From Lingula anatina (lineage: Eukaryota; Animalia; Brachiopoda), in the NCBI GenBank assembly GCA_051362555.1, contig CM120642.1, positions 23,312,001-23,376,000 of the forward strand: a stretch of 64,000 nucleotides of DNA. Direction: 5' to 3'. Of the stretch, positions 13,354-27,259 are shown piece by piece. Each line of letters opens with the position of its first letter. Within the stretch, counting starts at the first letter, position 1. A program made the position numbers and the translations under genes. Below the pieces are notes generated by a model that searched no databases, had not been told where the DNA came from, and saw only the letters and a list, made by a program, of their open reading frames with translations.

Positions 13354-16300
13354 ATACACACAAAAAACACCTGCTATTAACCTATTGGTGTATTTGCCAA
13401 CAACTTTCTTAGAAAAGAATGATAAAATTTTGGCAGATGTGGCAGATGAACACCCCTACGGATTTGTTTTATAGAAAAAGGTCAAATACCAGTGTTGGCC
13501 TCTTTTTGTACTGTTAAGTTATGCTGCCTGGGGAGAATATTTTACTTTTCCTTAGATCAGTTCAAGATTGGCAAATGTGATATTTTTTAAATAACTAACT
13601 GTATCCAAGGTATATTCATCATTTATTATTATTATTATTATTATTACTATTTTATGGCTTGTTGAGATGGGATGGGGTTTCAGTTTCAAAATTAACTGGA
13701 CATATGCATATATATTTATATATATGGATAATGTCTGCAACTTCTAGAACCTCTTTGCACTGGTTTCATGGCTACTACAACAAAAAGAAAAGTGAAGAAC
13801 AGAAAGCTGTATTTCTTTTCCCTGTAATGTAAATTGATCAGACAATTGACGGGTCAGAAGCATAAAAAATGACATGAGAATTTCTTTTATTTTGAAAAAG
13901 AAAAGCCAGCAAATATTGATTCAAGTTGGAATGATAATTTCTTAAAAGAAATGATGAGAAAACTCAAACTCAAGAGCAAGCATTATTACACAGACAGGGT
14001 TATATACATATGGAATCTGTGTAAGCTGATTAAGAAGTGCACAGGTCTTTTAAATGATTCTTATAGATGAAGTTAATATCGTCAGCATTTTCAGAGAAAA
14101 AATTGTCTTGTAGGTTTTTAGATTTTTTCTGACAGAAGTAACTGCTGATTTAAGTATTGCAGAGTTACAGAGAAGGAAGAAAAACTTAACTTTAAAATGT
14201 AACATGCCAGTACAAATATGAATAATAAAATTACTCTAACACTTAAATTTGTCTCAAATGGTTCCCTGCATACTATGCTTCTATCATGAAAATTTTGGGA
14301 AAAAAAGATCACACTGAAAATCCAAGAAACCGCCTTGTGTTCCTGTTCCTTAACAAGCACGATAATTTCATTATTTTAACTTTTATGGTTAACATTGTAT
14401 GCACAAAATCAATTCTGAACCCTTCTCATAAAAAATACTAGGTTTCAATGGTCTACAAAGATTGAACCCATGAGAGGTGAACAAGTCTTATTTGTTTGTT
14501 AAGGTCCTTACACCTTTAACTGCACAGCAGTTAGTTTGCTCTTTCAGTGATGTCCCCCAGTACCTTATCTGCATCATTCTCAAATTAAATAACAATTACT
14601 TGTGAACGTTTCCATCTGCATCGGACGTGACATTTTACAATGAAACTAATAATTTCACTTGCACACGTATGAAAAAAATACTTAAAAACAAGCTTAAGAC
14701 AGCTAGGCAAAATGTCTATTTGAGATGTGTGATATAGAAAGGTATTTAATGACAGAAGAGATCTTGAAACCCAACATAGCATATGCGGTTACAGCAATAT
14801 TAAGAAAATGTTTCAGAGATTTAGTTATTCTGCTAAATTATGCAATGCTATAATTTGATGAACTATCTTTGATTTGTATTTTTATGTTTGTTGTATTCCC
14901 TTTCTTATTGCCATAGTTTTTTTATGTCTGAGTGAAAGATCTAATCCAACAGAGAAAATTAATTATGGCTGTCACATACAACAATTATGTAGCTTGGAGA
15001 ATTAAAGTAGAGATTGACATGGTTTTTTTGCAGACAGGTACAGACAGGGGCAGAGGTAAGTCATGGTGTATTTCTGTTCCTTAGTATAGTTTATGTCACC
15101 TGTTTGGCACACACACTCAATGATACTTGGATCAAAGTTCCAATATGGCATGTGGCCAGGTTTATTGGCTTGATATGATGACAGAACGTGAGGTGAAATA
15201 GTAAGTGATCAGGTCTCTGGATGGCTGTAAGAGAAAGTCTACACCACATGTATATTGTTACTAAGTGTTCTGTTTATATATCGATCTTTTTACAGATAAT
15301 TAAACATGGATTACAGAATTACACTAATTGCTTTGCCTGATGTACATTATGTGACCAAAGGGTTGGCATTGTCTGAAATTTTATCACTTTGTTGGAAGGA
15401 TTTGAGCATTATTTTTGGGTGAACTACAGGCTTACTAGTAGGTATCTCTTCAGAACATGTCAGTCCTTTCTCCATACTCTTGCAAGACCTGTTGTGGCAT
15501 AGTTTGGAAGTATGCCCGTTTTTTTAATATAGATCTGCTGCCTGAAATGGTGTACTAAAAATATACACCACTTTCCCTGTACTTTACCATATCTGATTAT
15601 GTGTTGATCTCCATAAGTGCACTGAACTGTTTGAATAACAAAGTCTAGTGGGTGGTAAGTCTAACAGAATTTATTGATCATTCATTCCATTTATGGATTC
15701 CAGGCCAGAAGTACAGCTAGGTTATCTGAAGGGTTATGCTAGCACACCCCCCCCCTCCTCCTTTTTTGTTCCCTGAGTCACTGTGAAACCTCTGATGTTC
15801 AGGGTGATGGAATGATGCATAATAAAGATTACAGCTGTGAAGTCAACTGATGAATTAAACACAAATTGTTTAGACTTCCACCTTTATTTGTACATGTAAA
15901 AAATGCAGCATCTTTACCTAGAACAGGTGAAAATGTCTTATTTTCCAGAAGTTCAAAACATAAAGAAATAAATGTTTCAGATGATGCAGTGCTTGTCTTC
16001 TGTGAGAAGTGTTCTGTGTATACATAGTACTTAGTATTAGTTTATACTGGATTTTCCAAGGGACAGAATTTTGGAATAGGGAGTAAAATGTTTTGTTAAT
16101 TTTCCCTAACAAATATGCATTAAAACCATGAACGGAAAATAAGGTGCAAATCTTTGTGCGTTTATGACAAATTAAATCTGAATATTGTTGATCAGTGTGC
16201 ACCTGGAGAGCAGGTTTACAGGTTCACAGGTATTACATCACAGGGGCATGGGCACAGTGTTTTATGAACCAATTGTTTGCCGTTTACAAACAAAACAAAG

Positions 16301-17545
16301 TTCAACAAGTCTCGCCATTTATATGTGGGGCGTTATTAATGTTGCTAGTTACTGCTTTTGACGACAATAATGCTCCTGAATGACGTAGTACCAATCCCAG
16401 TGTACATTGTATAGTTACGGCTTTTGATCATTGTTTGCCCGATGGCCTTTGACTTGTGGTCACCCTTGTAATATATATGTGGAGGAGTAAACAAGAACTG
16501 ACCAAAGGAACAGAGGGAAATTGAAGTCTTGAGGTCCAGTATTGCTGGGACAGCAGTCTATGATACATGACTTTATATGTATGTGTATATATAACACAGC
16601 TTACAGCACCTTGGAGTTGTTGAAAATGATATCAGCTCTGTGTTAGAACTCTAATGTTGAAATTTCAAACACTGCAGTCATGCAGGTTTAGACAAAGGTG
16701 AGATTTAAAAAACTGTAGATGAACATTCATATTAAATATTTTTATATGTATTTAGAATGCGGATAAATTTGTGAGCACCTGTGGACTAGATTAAGAAGGT
16801 TAGAAATCTGTTTTCATTTCCTTTTTTTACCAGTTTTGTTTGATGTAGCTACATATAATGAATAATCTTCCACTAGTATCTTCTCAAAAACATGAAATAA
16901 TTTTATTATACTTTTACCTCCTCATTATTATTGTTATTTTATGTTATTTTTTCTTGGTCAGTTAGCTGACAGTATAACTCAAAAGGTAATTGATGGATTG
17001 TTAAAAACGTTAAGATTGGTCCAAATTAGGCAAACTTGGAATTAAGTAGATTTGATAGATGATCCATCAGCTATTACCTTTGAGTTTGACCTGAAGACTG
17101 AAGACGATGAGTTTGTGAAAGACGAAAGGAAATAATTTGTTTACTCTTGATAAAATATCACTCTGTTCTTGATTGTCAATGTCAGTAGTCTTACCTGGAC
17201 CTAAAACTCTGGAAAAGATAAAAATTGGTTTCAGCTGTTGAAAAAGATAAAGTTTCACCTGTCAGTGTTACCTGTCAACTATTTGATTCGAGAATGTTAC
17301 TATATTTTCATTGATTTTTATGGGACATGTAGTGAACGAAACATAATCACTGTTTCAGTTAGAAAACCATTGAAGGAAGACTAATTACATGCTTTTACTT
17401 GTAAGTCACAAGCAACTTCCTGAGGTTTTTTTATGCAGTTCTTTTTAGTGGCTACACAATATTGTTAAGAAATATATAAAAAAAATTCCTGAACAAAAAA
17501 TAAGATATTTATCTCAGAACACTTATTTTTTTTATGTTAGAGTTC

Positions 17546-17573
17546 GTGGGTTATAGAAATATAATTCAAATAC

Positions 17574-17641
<68 letters not shown>

Positions 17642-17673
17642 GTGGGTTATAGAAATATAATTCAAATTCCATT
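17546..17673. repeat. (TA)n microsatellite flanked by a 32-bp direct repeat
   Basis: gtgggttatagaaatataattcaaat(a/t)ccatt at 17546 and 17642, around (TA)n at 17579-17638. Confidence 0.9.
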
Positions 17674-18730
17674 ATATTGTATATAAAATCTGTTGATCAT
17701 TACTAGTTCTAGTAAAGGCAGGGAACGGAAAGATGGATTCTAAATTTAAAATTATACTAAGGTGGATATCTAATTGATTTCCCGCCATGTGATCACTTCA
17801 TGATTTGGTTATAGTTAACATTTCTATGCAGGATAAGCAGCCTAAGGTTAGCTTGCTTTATTTTAATCAACTACTGAGTGATTAACATGATTGTGTTATT
17901 TTGTAGGTCAGAAAAAGTCATTGGCCTGTATGTCTTACTGCGTATGTACATACTTGCGCGTGTACATGATTTTAATTAAAAAAGAGGATCACAACTTTAA
18001 AAAGGTGTGGTTAGGCCTGACAAAATTGAGAATTTGACTTACTATAGTAAAGATTCACAGTGAAAAGGGTCAACAGATGTAAAATTTAATAAACAATAGG
18101 TTCATTAAGTTTTTTTTTTCAGTAAGTTGTAAATTTCTACTAGTTATGAAAACAATACCCAATCCATTTTTTACCATTTGAAAAAAAATTAGAGCGCTGA
18201 AAAATATGATTTCCTCAAAGAAGGTCCATGTTATCAATTTTGTCTGCCTTTGGGCAAAAAATAAAAATCAGTCCCTGGCAAATGAACATCATTGTAGACC
18301 AGCCCTTGCATAACTCCACCAAACTCTTTCTTAGCTATTTTATTCAAACAGTGTGCCAAGGACAAACTCATTTGCTGCTTAACTTGATTTGGTTCATCAT
18401 GTTTTCAAAATTAAAAAAAAAGCAGAGAGGCCTTGATATAAAAATGTTCTCAAAGATTTTTTGGTAACCCTAAAACAACATGAAAAAGGCATTTCATCAC
18501 AAGTGTAGTTATCGTACGTATTTCAGATGAGCCACATATGATATAGTAGATTATAATAACAAAAAATTGCGTTAACTAGTTGATAGGAATTCTTTGATTT
18601 GATATATTTTCACGTATTTGATTATCTACTTGCAGCCTAGACAAAGCCCTGCCCATTGACATTATATACTGCAGGAGGTGAGGAGTGCAAATTGTTCCAA
18701 GCTGCCTTCCCGATGCTACAATGGAATGAA

Positions 18731-19482
18731 ATGGGATGTGGACGTAGTAAGAGCGTCGCAACTACCGATGACAACTCAGATAATTACACCAAAGACAAAA
18801 ACTCTAACGGAATTAACAGTTAGTGGAAATGTTTCTAATGCTTGTAGTCCAGATTGCAATTTTTACTATTCAAGAAATAACAATTTTTTCACAGCATCGC
18901 TGATGAATGGTGGCAAATTGCTCATTTATTTTCTGCTTTTCATTGCTCCGTAAATAAACTTAACTATAGCGAGAAAAGTACATTTGCAGACATGATCTTA
19001 ATATATGTTTTTTTGTAACTTGAAAATGTCATTTGTCAAATATGTGGTCATGAATGTTATGTAATCATTTCACTTGAAAGAAGAAAAGTGGTTTTCATTC
19101 TCAATGAAATACATCTTCACTCCAAATTTAAGGGTTGCTTAATCCCCCATGTTTTAAAATATTCTTGTGGCAGATTTAAAAAAAATTTAAAAAGATATTT
19201 TGAATATTTTAGATGGAAAAGAAAACAAAGATCCAAAATCCAAAAAGGATCGCAATGGAAGCAAGAATGGCAAGGTCAGTCAGAATTCACACGAAGAGAA
19301 CTCAACAGAGGACAGCTTTGAAGAGAAGAAGGTGGGTGAACATGCCAGATACTGCTTATTCCTTGCTGAAGTGGTTTTAGAAGGGTAGCTACTTATAGCA
19401 AATGTTTGCCATCAAACAGTAGTAGTCTCGAAGTAAGAATTCACAGTAAAACCATGAATGCACACATGCTAATATAGATATG

Positions 19483-19516
<34 letters not shown>

Positions 19517-21546
19517 TGTATGTATGTATGCTCACGTACCCCTAAAATATGTGTATATGGCAGCAACTGTAGAGTTGGCAATTAATTACTCTATCCAGAA
19601 TCTTTACTGAGCACTTAGTCTAATTAATTAAGATAGTAAGTGGTGTGTTGTCCTTAGCGACAGTTTTACCTGTTACATAAAACTAAGTATAATTACTGTA
19701 TTATTAATCAACATAGTTTTATGAGATTCAGAAAAATTTGTCCCATACTGCACAAACAGAATGTGAACAAAGAACATTAATCTGTGTTGCCATGGAAATC
19801 CTTTTTTAGGGATACATGCAGACACTTTCAAGACCCAGTGATTATTATGAGTCACTGATTTTTTGTCAGGTTTTAATGCGGTTTTTAAAATAATAAAACT
19901 TGCAAATATGAACATGCTACATTAAATTTTATTATTATTTGTGACCTGAAGTTATTAAGAGTTTTTAGCATACCTTTTAGGTTTGAATGATTTACACCTT
20001 GATAATTCATATGGTGAATGAGCAAAACCATTCATAAATCATCACATTTTCCTGTGGGACACACACTAAATGAGATGTTATCCATTAAACCCTTTAAAAA
20101 GGCGCTGTGTTGTTATTAATGCACATATGATGGTATTCTATGTCCCCAAATGGCATGGATGATGGGGGGGGGGGGGGGGGGCATTTTAATTTTAAAGGGA
20201 CTGGTTCAGCATCTAGCATTTTATCAGATAGAGATAGGTGGTATGACATATCACTTACTGGCTTGTTGCTATGTGTTTACATGTTTTGAACATACATGTA
20301 GCGTGTATAAATGCATGGTTCAAAACACTACTACTGTGTATGATCTCTTACTATTTGTATTCACTGAAGCAAGCTGTGCAAAAATGACAAACCCTTTAAA
20401 TTATTATCATTTAAATTTGTATATAGTGTATTTATTGTACCCTGTACCGTATAACATGCCATGGCTTTTTCTTAAAGGGACAGAGCTTTTTATTAGAGCC
20501 TTGAAAACATAGTTAACCACTTAGTATTCTCAAAAGCTTTCTGTCTACCAAGAAAGGCCACTGATTAAAATCCTGCTGATTGAGTGGAATTCTGAAAAAT
20601 AATCTTTTCTTAATTGGGAATCCATGTTGTCCCCAGAATGGTGTACATATATAATATATAATTTATGTAACTTTATGTTGTCCCCAGAATAATGATATAT
20701 ATAATATGTGGCGTAAACACATAGGCCTCATGACTCGTTAACCTTCCCCATTAATCTTTCGATCCACTTGCTGGACAAAAAAGACCATGATAAAACAGCC
20801 CTGCCTTGTGGCCAAAGGATGGTGATGATGATGATGACTCTTGCAAATAACAGCAACAGAGTGGCCTTCCAGTCCACTATGCCACATCAAATAACAACTA
20901 CAGAGTGGCCTTCCAGTCCACTATGCCACATCAAATAACAACTACAGAGTGGCCTTCCTGTTCCCTATGCCACATCAAATAACAACTACAAAGTGGCCTT
21001 CCAGTCCACTATGCCACATCAAATAACAACTACAGAGTGACCTTCCAGTTCACTATGCCACATCAAATAACAACTACAGAGTGGCCTTCCTGTTCCCTAT
21101 GCCAGATCAGATAACAACTACAGAGTGGCCTTCCTGTTCCCTATGCCATATCAAATAACAACTACAGAGTGGCCTTCCAGTCCACTATGCCACATCAAAT
21201 AACAACTACAGAGTGACCTTCCTGTTCCCTATGCCACATCAAATAACAACTACAGAGTGACCTCCCTGTTCCCTGTGCCAGATCTGCTGGGATCTGGAGA
21301 GGGATCAGTGTTATCGATTCACTGTCATTCGCAATCATGTGCTCACTTTGTTTAAATACAGGCACTTGCAACTGTAGTAGTAAGGTGGTATCTTTTTTCC
21401 TGAGAAAGTGGACCATTTACCATACTGGTATAGAACCTAGATCAAATTTTGATTTACAGTAGACCTTTTCTCAACTTAAAGGGCAGTTTGTTTGACCCCC
21501 TCCAGTAGACCTGGGAAATAGAAAAATATGAATGGAAGAAAGGAGA

Positions 21547-21585
<39 letters not shown>

Positions 21586-24500
21586 TTATTATAGTTAAGA
21601 AGGCATATAAAGAAGAAAAAAAAACATGCAGATTGAAAAGCCATTTTACATTGGATCAGCTTCCATTAGTATAGCATAATATTAAGTCATGACATAGGTT
21701 ACAAAACATCAAGAGATCAATGAATAATCAACAAAAATGGACTTGGCACATTTTGAAGTCTGGGAATTACAAGACATTTTAGTGCTCTGTGCTGCCTTCT
21801 CCTGCTAAGTTCAATTATTAGAAAAATTGTTGCCATTACCTTCATTATGGTTATATGTTGTGGCAACAAGCTTAGACACAATGTCTGGCAAAATGGCTCT
21901 TAGCAATTAATTGCATGACATTGTTGATGTCAGCTATGGTACTGTGTTAGAAGTAGAGTGCTGCATGAGACTAAATGAAAGAACTATATCACCCCAGTAT
22001 AGAATAGAAATATGAAGCCATCTTTAAAAAAAAAAAAAAAAAAGAGATGCTGATTCATTTTAAAATGTGTATTCAATCTCTGTAATTATGCTGCCAGCTC
22101 CATCATCTTTTGAGTACTAGTAAGAACATTGATCACAATTTATAGAATAGAAATGAACCACTGGTGTAACTTTTAAAAACATTGGGATGTTTTTTTTTCT
22201 TCTATGCACTTTGTTTAACTGCATATATGTGCTGCTAACGTAACTGAAATCCAGTATAAGTGATTGCTCGTTCAAGCATCCAAAAGTTAATTTAAACATT
22301 TGGTTAATAATTTTACCTTAAAAATATTTAACAATACTCGGGTTCATGATTTACAAAAAAGGGTAATTGTATCTAAAGTGATCAAACCTGTTTTATCCCC
22401 TGTGCCAGGATATTTCAGCTCTTCATCCAAGAGATTTGATCATAGAGGAATCAGTTCTGGGATCAACCTAGGCTCCTTAATGGAGGATCCAAACATAATG
22501 CCACAAAAATATTAAGTCTATAGAAACAACTTCCTTTTTTGCCATCTTTAGTTTGCACAATTGTTTTAAAAACACTTTTTATCATACTTTAGTTTAGAAT
22601 CATTAAATTTCATAGAACATTTTTTTTACATTCTGATATCCTATTCCAGGAAAAAAGCTCAACGAAGACTGCCTTCAAAGACAAGCCAGTGCTCTCTGGG
22701 CCTTTGCAATCTAACATGTAAGTATTATAAGTAAAAATGTTCATCAGCTTGGTATTTGGATCATAAATGAAAATTATCAAACACGTACGGAAAAAACTTT
22801 TATACCGTTAGCTTACAGCCACAGCCAACCTATCAACATCAGCTATCACCAGCCATAGGGACGGGGTCAATACGGACAGGGGGTCAATCTTCCTGACATT
22901 TAGACAAGGGTCCGGGTCACTATACCACCTAGTGGTCAGTAAGTAACAATATCTCACTTAAGTCCGATGAAGGCCTACGTCCAGGTATGCATAAGTTAAC
23001 GGTATGGAAAGATTTTCGGCTTTTGTTTGATAATTTTCATTTATGTTACAACATGTAAGCACTTCAGAATATAGCGCATCATTTCCAAAACTACACATAT
23101 ACTTCCAAACTTCAAAGTGTGTAGATGACAACTTTTTGTCACAAATTGTCTCGTTTTCTTTTTGAATATCCTTGTATAGTATAAAGGTGTATAGAGATTA
23201 AAATTCCTATTAATTAATGAACTATGATTAAATTTCCCCTTTGTAGTCCTTTAAGTTATATGCCAATATGTCTACCCAACTTACAATACAATGAAATATA
23301 TTTGTGAGAAAAAAGATTTATTGTGCAGCATCTTGTTTTTGTATGTCCACATAAGAGCATTAAATTTGTTGATGAAGTGTGAACCTTAGAATTGAACAGT
23401 GTGCTTCCAGTGCTTTGCCACATCATCTAGGATTACCCTGAATTATGAAATTATCAGTTGATTTGATACTCTCTGTAATACAGTAGGAACTAATTGAAAT
23501 GGAGGGAAGGATTGATTGAATTGAGGCATGCACTCTGATGAAAAAATTAACATTTAATGAGAGTGCAAATTGTTTTGTTACTGTAAGCCAAACTTAGGAA
23601 AATCTTTTGTCTTCTTATTTTTACAGGGCAGAGTAGGTAGCTGGGGTAGCGCTAGCAATTTTTTTCACTTAGCCCAATCACCAAATATTTGTCAATTTGT
23701 TATCAAAATGGTTATAATTTGGCTAAAACATGTCAAATCAAGCCTTTTTTCTTTAGCCAATTTAAGTCAGTTTTAGCATTTGGCTAAATTGGCGAGTGTT
23801 AGCGCTACCCCAGGGTAGAAAATGAGATGTTGACGTACAACGTCAAAGATGATTCCTTTTTGTCAAATAAATGAAGACTTAAATACATGTATACAAGTCA
23901 CTGAAATTTACATTTCTATGAGTTTACTAATATACCTTTATTTGCAGAAATAATTTAGCTATTGTGTGTAAAAATGGTCAGTGACACAAGATCTGAAATC
24001 TGAAGCTACACTTGTGTCTCCAAACAACCAAAAATGCGTCTTAGTTTTTTCCTCTCCTGGTGGAAATGCGTCAGATTAGGGACTTCAGATAGTTATAGCA
24101 GCTGAGGTAGATTAAAGCAGAGAGTAATTTAGGTGACCCCAGAAGTTAATTTTCCATTTATTTTAAGGACTTAGGACATAAAATGAATGAAAAGTGCACT
24201 AAGGAGAAGTGAATGATTTCACACTTATGAATTTTTATTATTTCATAGCTTGCCCAACCTAAGAATTGTGCGTATGTAATCCCAGTTATTGATTTAGATA
24301 GAGTAAGAAGACCTCAAACCATGAAATGAGGATGGGTTTAATGTCATCTAGGCCCCTTATTGTACGTGAGAAAATTGTGAATAAGAGATTCAGAACTCGT
24401 CTGGGTGTAAATCAACCTTTAGTCAATCATATTAGTAGAATATGAACTGTTATTGACCTTGCATTTAAAGGGACAATTTATAGCATTCGCCGTCTTCTAG

Positions 24501-27259
24501 CTCATTTTATCTTATGACTAGGGCTCAGTACATTTTAAGTGAATCGATGAGTAGATTCATAATTGTCATGCTGAAATTTGCATTTTTGGGGCTACAGAAA
24601 AATGCAAATAGATAAAGAGTAACACCAGGAGGAGGCATGTTAATCTGTTAAACTGATTGCATTTAGCAAGAGTCCTTTGCAGAGTTGGCTCAATCAACAT
24701 AGAAGAATAGTTTCACTGGGAGTGAGCCATAAGTCCTTTCCACTGACTGAGTGAAGACACACAGTTAGTCAAATAACAGAACTTTTCTGTAATGAAATTT
24801 AACCTGAACAGATTAAACCACAATTTCAGCTTACCACTGAGAGCATAAATTGTGTCACAGCCAGTTTACCCACGATACGATGAACATGCTTTAGAAGCAA
24901 ATAACCATTTTCAACAGATTACTATTGATTTTATGGAAATATGGGATAACATTGCATTTTGTGGACCACTCCAAGTTAATCACATTGGATGTGCAGACAT
25001 CTGTTGGGAGCGTAGTGTAGACGTCCTGGGTAATATTTGAAGAACTATTTATCATCTTTTTGATGAGCATCATCCTAAGTCAGCGATGGCATTACATATT
25101 GTCTATGTAGCTACTATTATAGGTTTTTAGGTTCCGAAGAATTTGTCATGTAGAGGAAACTGGGGAATGGAAGTTGTGCTGAAATTTTATTTTTGAAGAG
25201 GGATGATGTGTCATGCATATTGAGACTAATTATAAGCATTTTTATGAGACAACTGTAAAATGGGAGAAGGGGGGGGGGGGGGGAAGAAGTGTCAGATGTT
25301 TGAATATTTTTTTTTATATTTCTTTCCCCTAAAATGCAGCACCAGTTTAAACATGTACATGCAGATCCTGCTGGGAGGTTGTGAAGTCTGTGCAGTGAAA
25401 CATTTGCAGAAAAGTCCCATTTCACAACGTCCAGGATTCTGTGACCAGACATGCATGCAAAAAAAGTATCAAAGGTTTACACTTGATAAAAAAAGCTTTT
25501 TACATTTCCCCAAGAAGCATCAGTGTGTAAAATTGTGCACTTGCACAGAAAAGTGAATGGCAAGTGCCCTTTGAACAATCCTGGTGTAAAAGTGAAATAA
25601 AGGGAGTTTGATCTGCAGAGTGCAGCGGAGAGAATTTTATAGCACTGGCGTGGAAAGGTTTAAAATTTGTCTGTATATGTAATTGATAGTGCTTGTGATA
25701 AAGACAATTTCCTTTGTAGTGAGAAATGTGGTGTGTAAAGCAGTATGTCTTTCAGGAAGGATCTCTAAAAGCTAGACATAATTTCAATGTGCTAAAAACT
25801 CAAGGTTACTTATTCTAACATGAGACTGCCCTTTTCTTAATGTGCATATTGTTTTTGAAGCATCATCCACCATATATTGGGTAAATACCGAATCTGAGCC
25901 TAAAAAGATGCTGTAGGAAAATGTATGAGAATCATCACAAGATGGAGTAAACTTTTCAGCGATAAGGAATAAACTCTATATGCCATGAATTTTGTCTTTG
26001 AAAGTAACTTAAAAAAGACATGCAAAATGTGATGAATTTGTAACTGTTGTACCAAAGGTGTTCTGTCGACTGAACTTCAAAGAAAACCACCAGAAATTAT
26101 GTCAGCTTAATCACTGCTGCACCACACTAGATTCCCCCCCCCCCCCCCCCACGTTATCTCTGACTGCACTCTTCCAATTGCAACTACCGCAAAATCCAGT
26201 GAATTTTATGTGAGACTTTTTATTGCCATCTCAGATTATTCCAGATTTTTCACTTGATAATTTGAAAAATTGCTTTAAATTAATGGGAGTTGCATTCATA
26301 TGAGATTTTCTTGGCCAAGTCGGTGATGTTGAGGGTAATTGCTTAAGTTCTGTAAAATTCTTTACTATAATGAGATGGACATTGTGGAAGGTATGAGTCA
26401 ACAGGCAACAGATAATCATTCTATGGCTGTTATTTAAAAAAAAAAAACAAAAAAAACACACACACACCTTAAGAATTGTTTTTCAGCTGTGATGTATGTA
26501 CAAGTCTTGTTTGTGCAGCTTTTCTAGGAAATTATAAATACTTATATTATCAAAATTAGCACATATCCAGGATGATCATATTGCATGATAGAAATGAAAG
26601 ATACACAGCCCAACACCAACTAAGAGGCACACTGAATCAAACATGGAGTGGCTTAGCTTTGATATAAAATAGTTCACATGTACCAGAACTGAATAAAATA
26701 TGAAATGAGAGAAGATTTCACAAGGTATATTTTATTTTTCTTTCAGAACTGTCACTCAGAGTCAAGTGGAATTCTTCAAAATGTTGGATGAAAAAATTGA
26801 GCAGGTAATTAGCAGGGTTAATGAGACTGTTGCCAGATGGAGGTGTTGTATGTTTTTGAATGTGGTATTTAACTCAAAACAAGTTGTCTAGCTTGCTAAC
26901 AACACTTATATATGACCAAAAACCTTCACCTCAGTGGTTATGAAAGTCAGAATTTTTAATGGACATTTCTTTTGATAAAATGTCCAAATTCACATAGATA
27001 CATTGTAAATCCATTGAAACAACAACAACAAAAAAAAAAAACTTTTAATAATGATTAAAATTTGGGATAAAAAAAACATTTTACTGGACAGGACTCAAGG
27101 TTCTATAACTGCACCAAAGGTTACTCGGAAAAATAAAACAGATTTTTTAAAATGACGTCATAATTTATGATATTTATTAAATTCAAGGGTCCCGAGGATT
27201 TCCCTGCAGCAGATGATGAAGATGATGTCAACATGGTAGAAGTGAAACCTTCCTCCTGA
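18731..27259 (+). CDS. C1orf21: C1orf21-like (DUF4612) small protein, 134 aa, 5 coding exons
   Basis: Exons 18731-18818, 19213-19331, 22650-22717, 26747-26804 and 27188-27259. All introns are GT-AG, phases 1/0/2/0 join in frame, total 405 nt. Protein: MGCGRSKSVATTDDNSDN...EKSSTKTAFKDKPVLSGPLQSNITVTQSQVEFFKMLDEKIEQGPEDFPAADDEDDVNMVEVKPSS*. The MGC start and the SQxEFFxMLDEKIExG motif match human C1orf21 as I recall it (MGCASAK...SQQEFFRMLDEKIEKG). Confidence 0.88.
19487..19530. repeat. (TATG)n microsatellite
   Basis: Seen directly. Confidence 0.95.
20844..21284. repeat. 44-bp minisatellite, 10 copies
   Basis: Unit tcaaataacaactacagagtggccttcc(agtcca/tgttcc)ctatgccaca starting at 20887, 20931, 20975, 21019, 21063, 21107, 21151, 21195 and 21239, plus a degenerate first copy. 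Confidence 0.95.
21554..21582. repeat. (GA)n microsatellite
   Basis: Seen directly. Confidence 0.9.
22762..23045. mobile_element. MITE-like element with ~55-bp imperfect terminal inverted repeats
   Basis: cataaatgaaaattatcaaaca...ataccgttagctta pairs with taagttaacggtat...tgtttgataattttcatttatg; the outer 22 bp are perfect. No clear TSD. Confidence 0.75.
23641..23813. mobile_element. 173-bp MITE with a 17-bp TIR and an apparent 5-bp TSD (GGTAG)
   Basis: ctggggtagcgctagca / tgttagcgctaccccag (1 mismatch); ggtag at 23636-23640 and 23814-23818. Confidence 0.75.

Noticed and set aside
20844-21284. Regularly spaced repeats resembling a CRISPR array
   Set aside because: Whole 44-bp units repeat with no unique spacers; the context is a eukaryotic intron with no cas genes.
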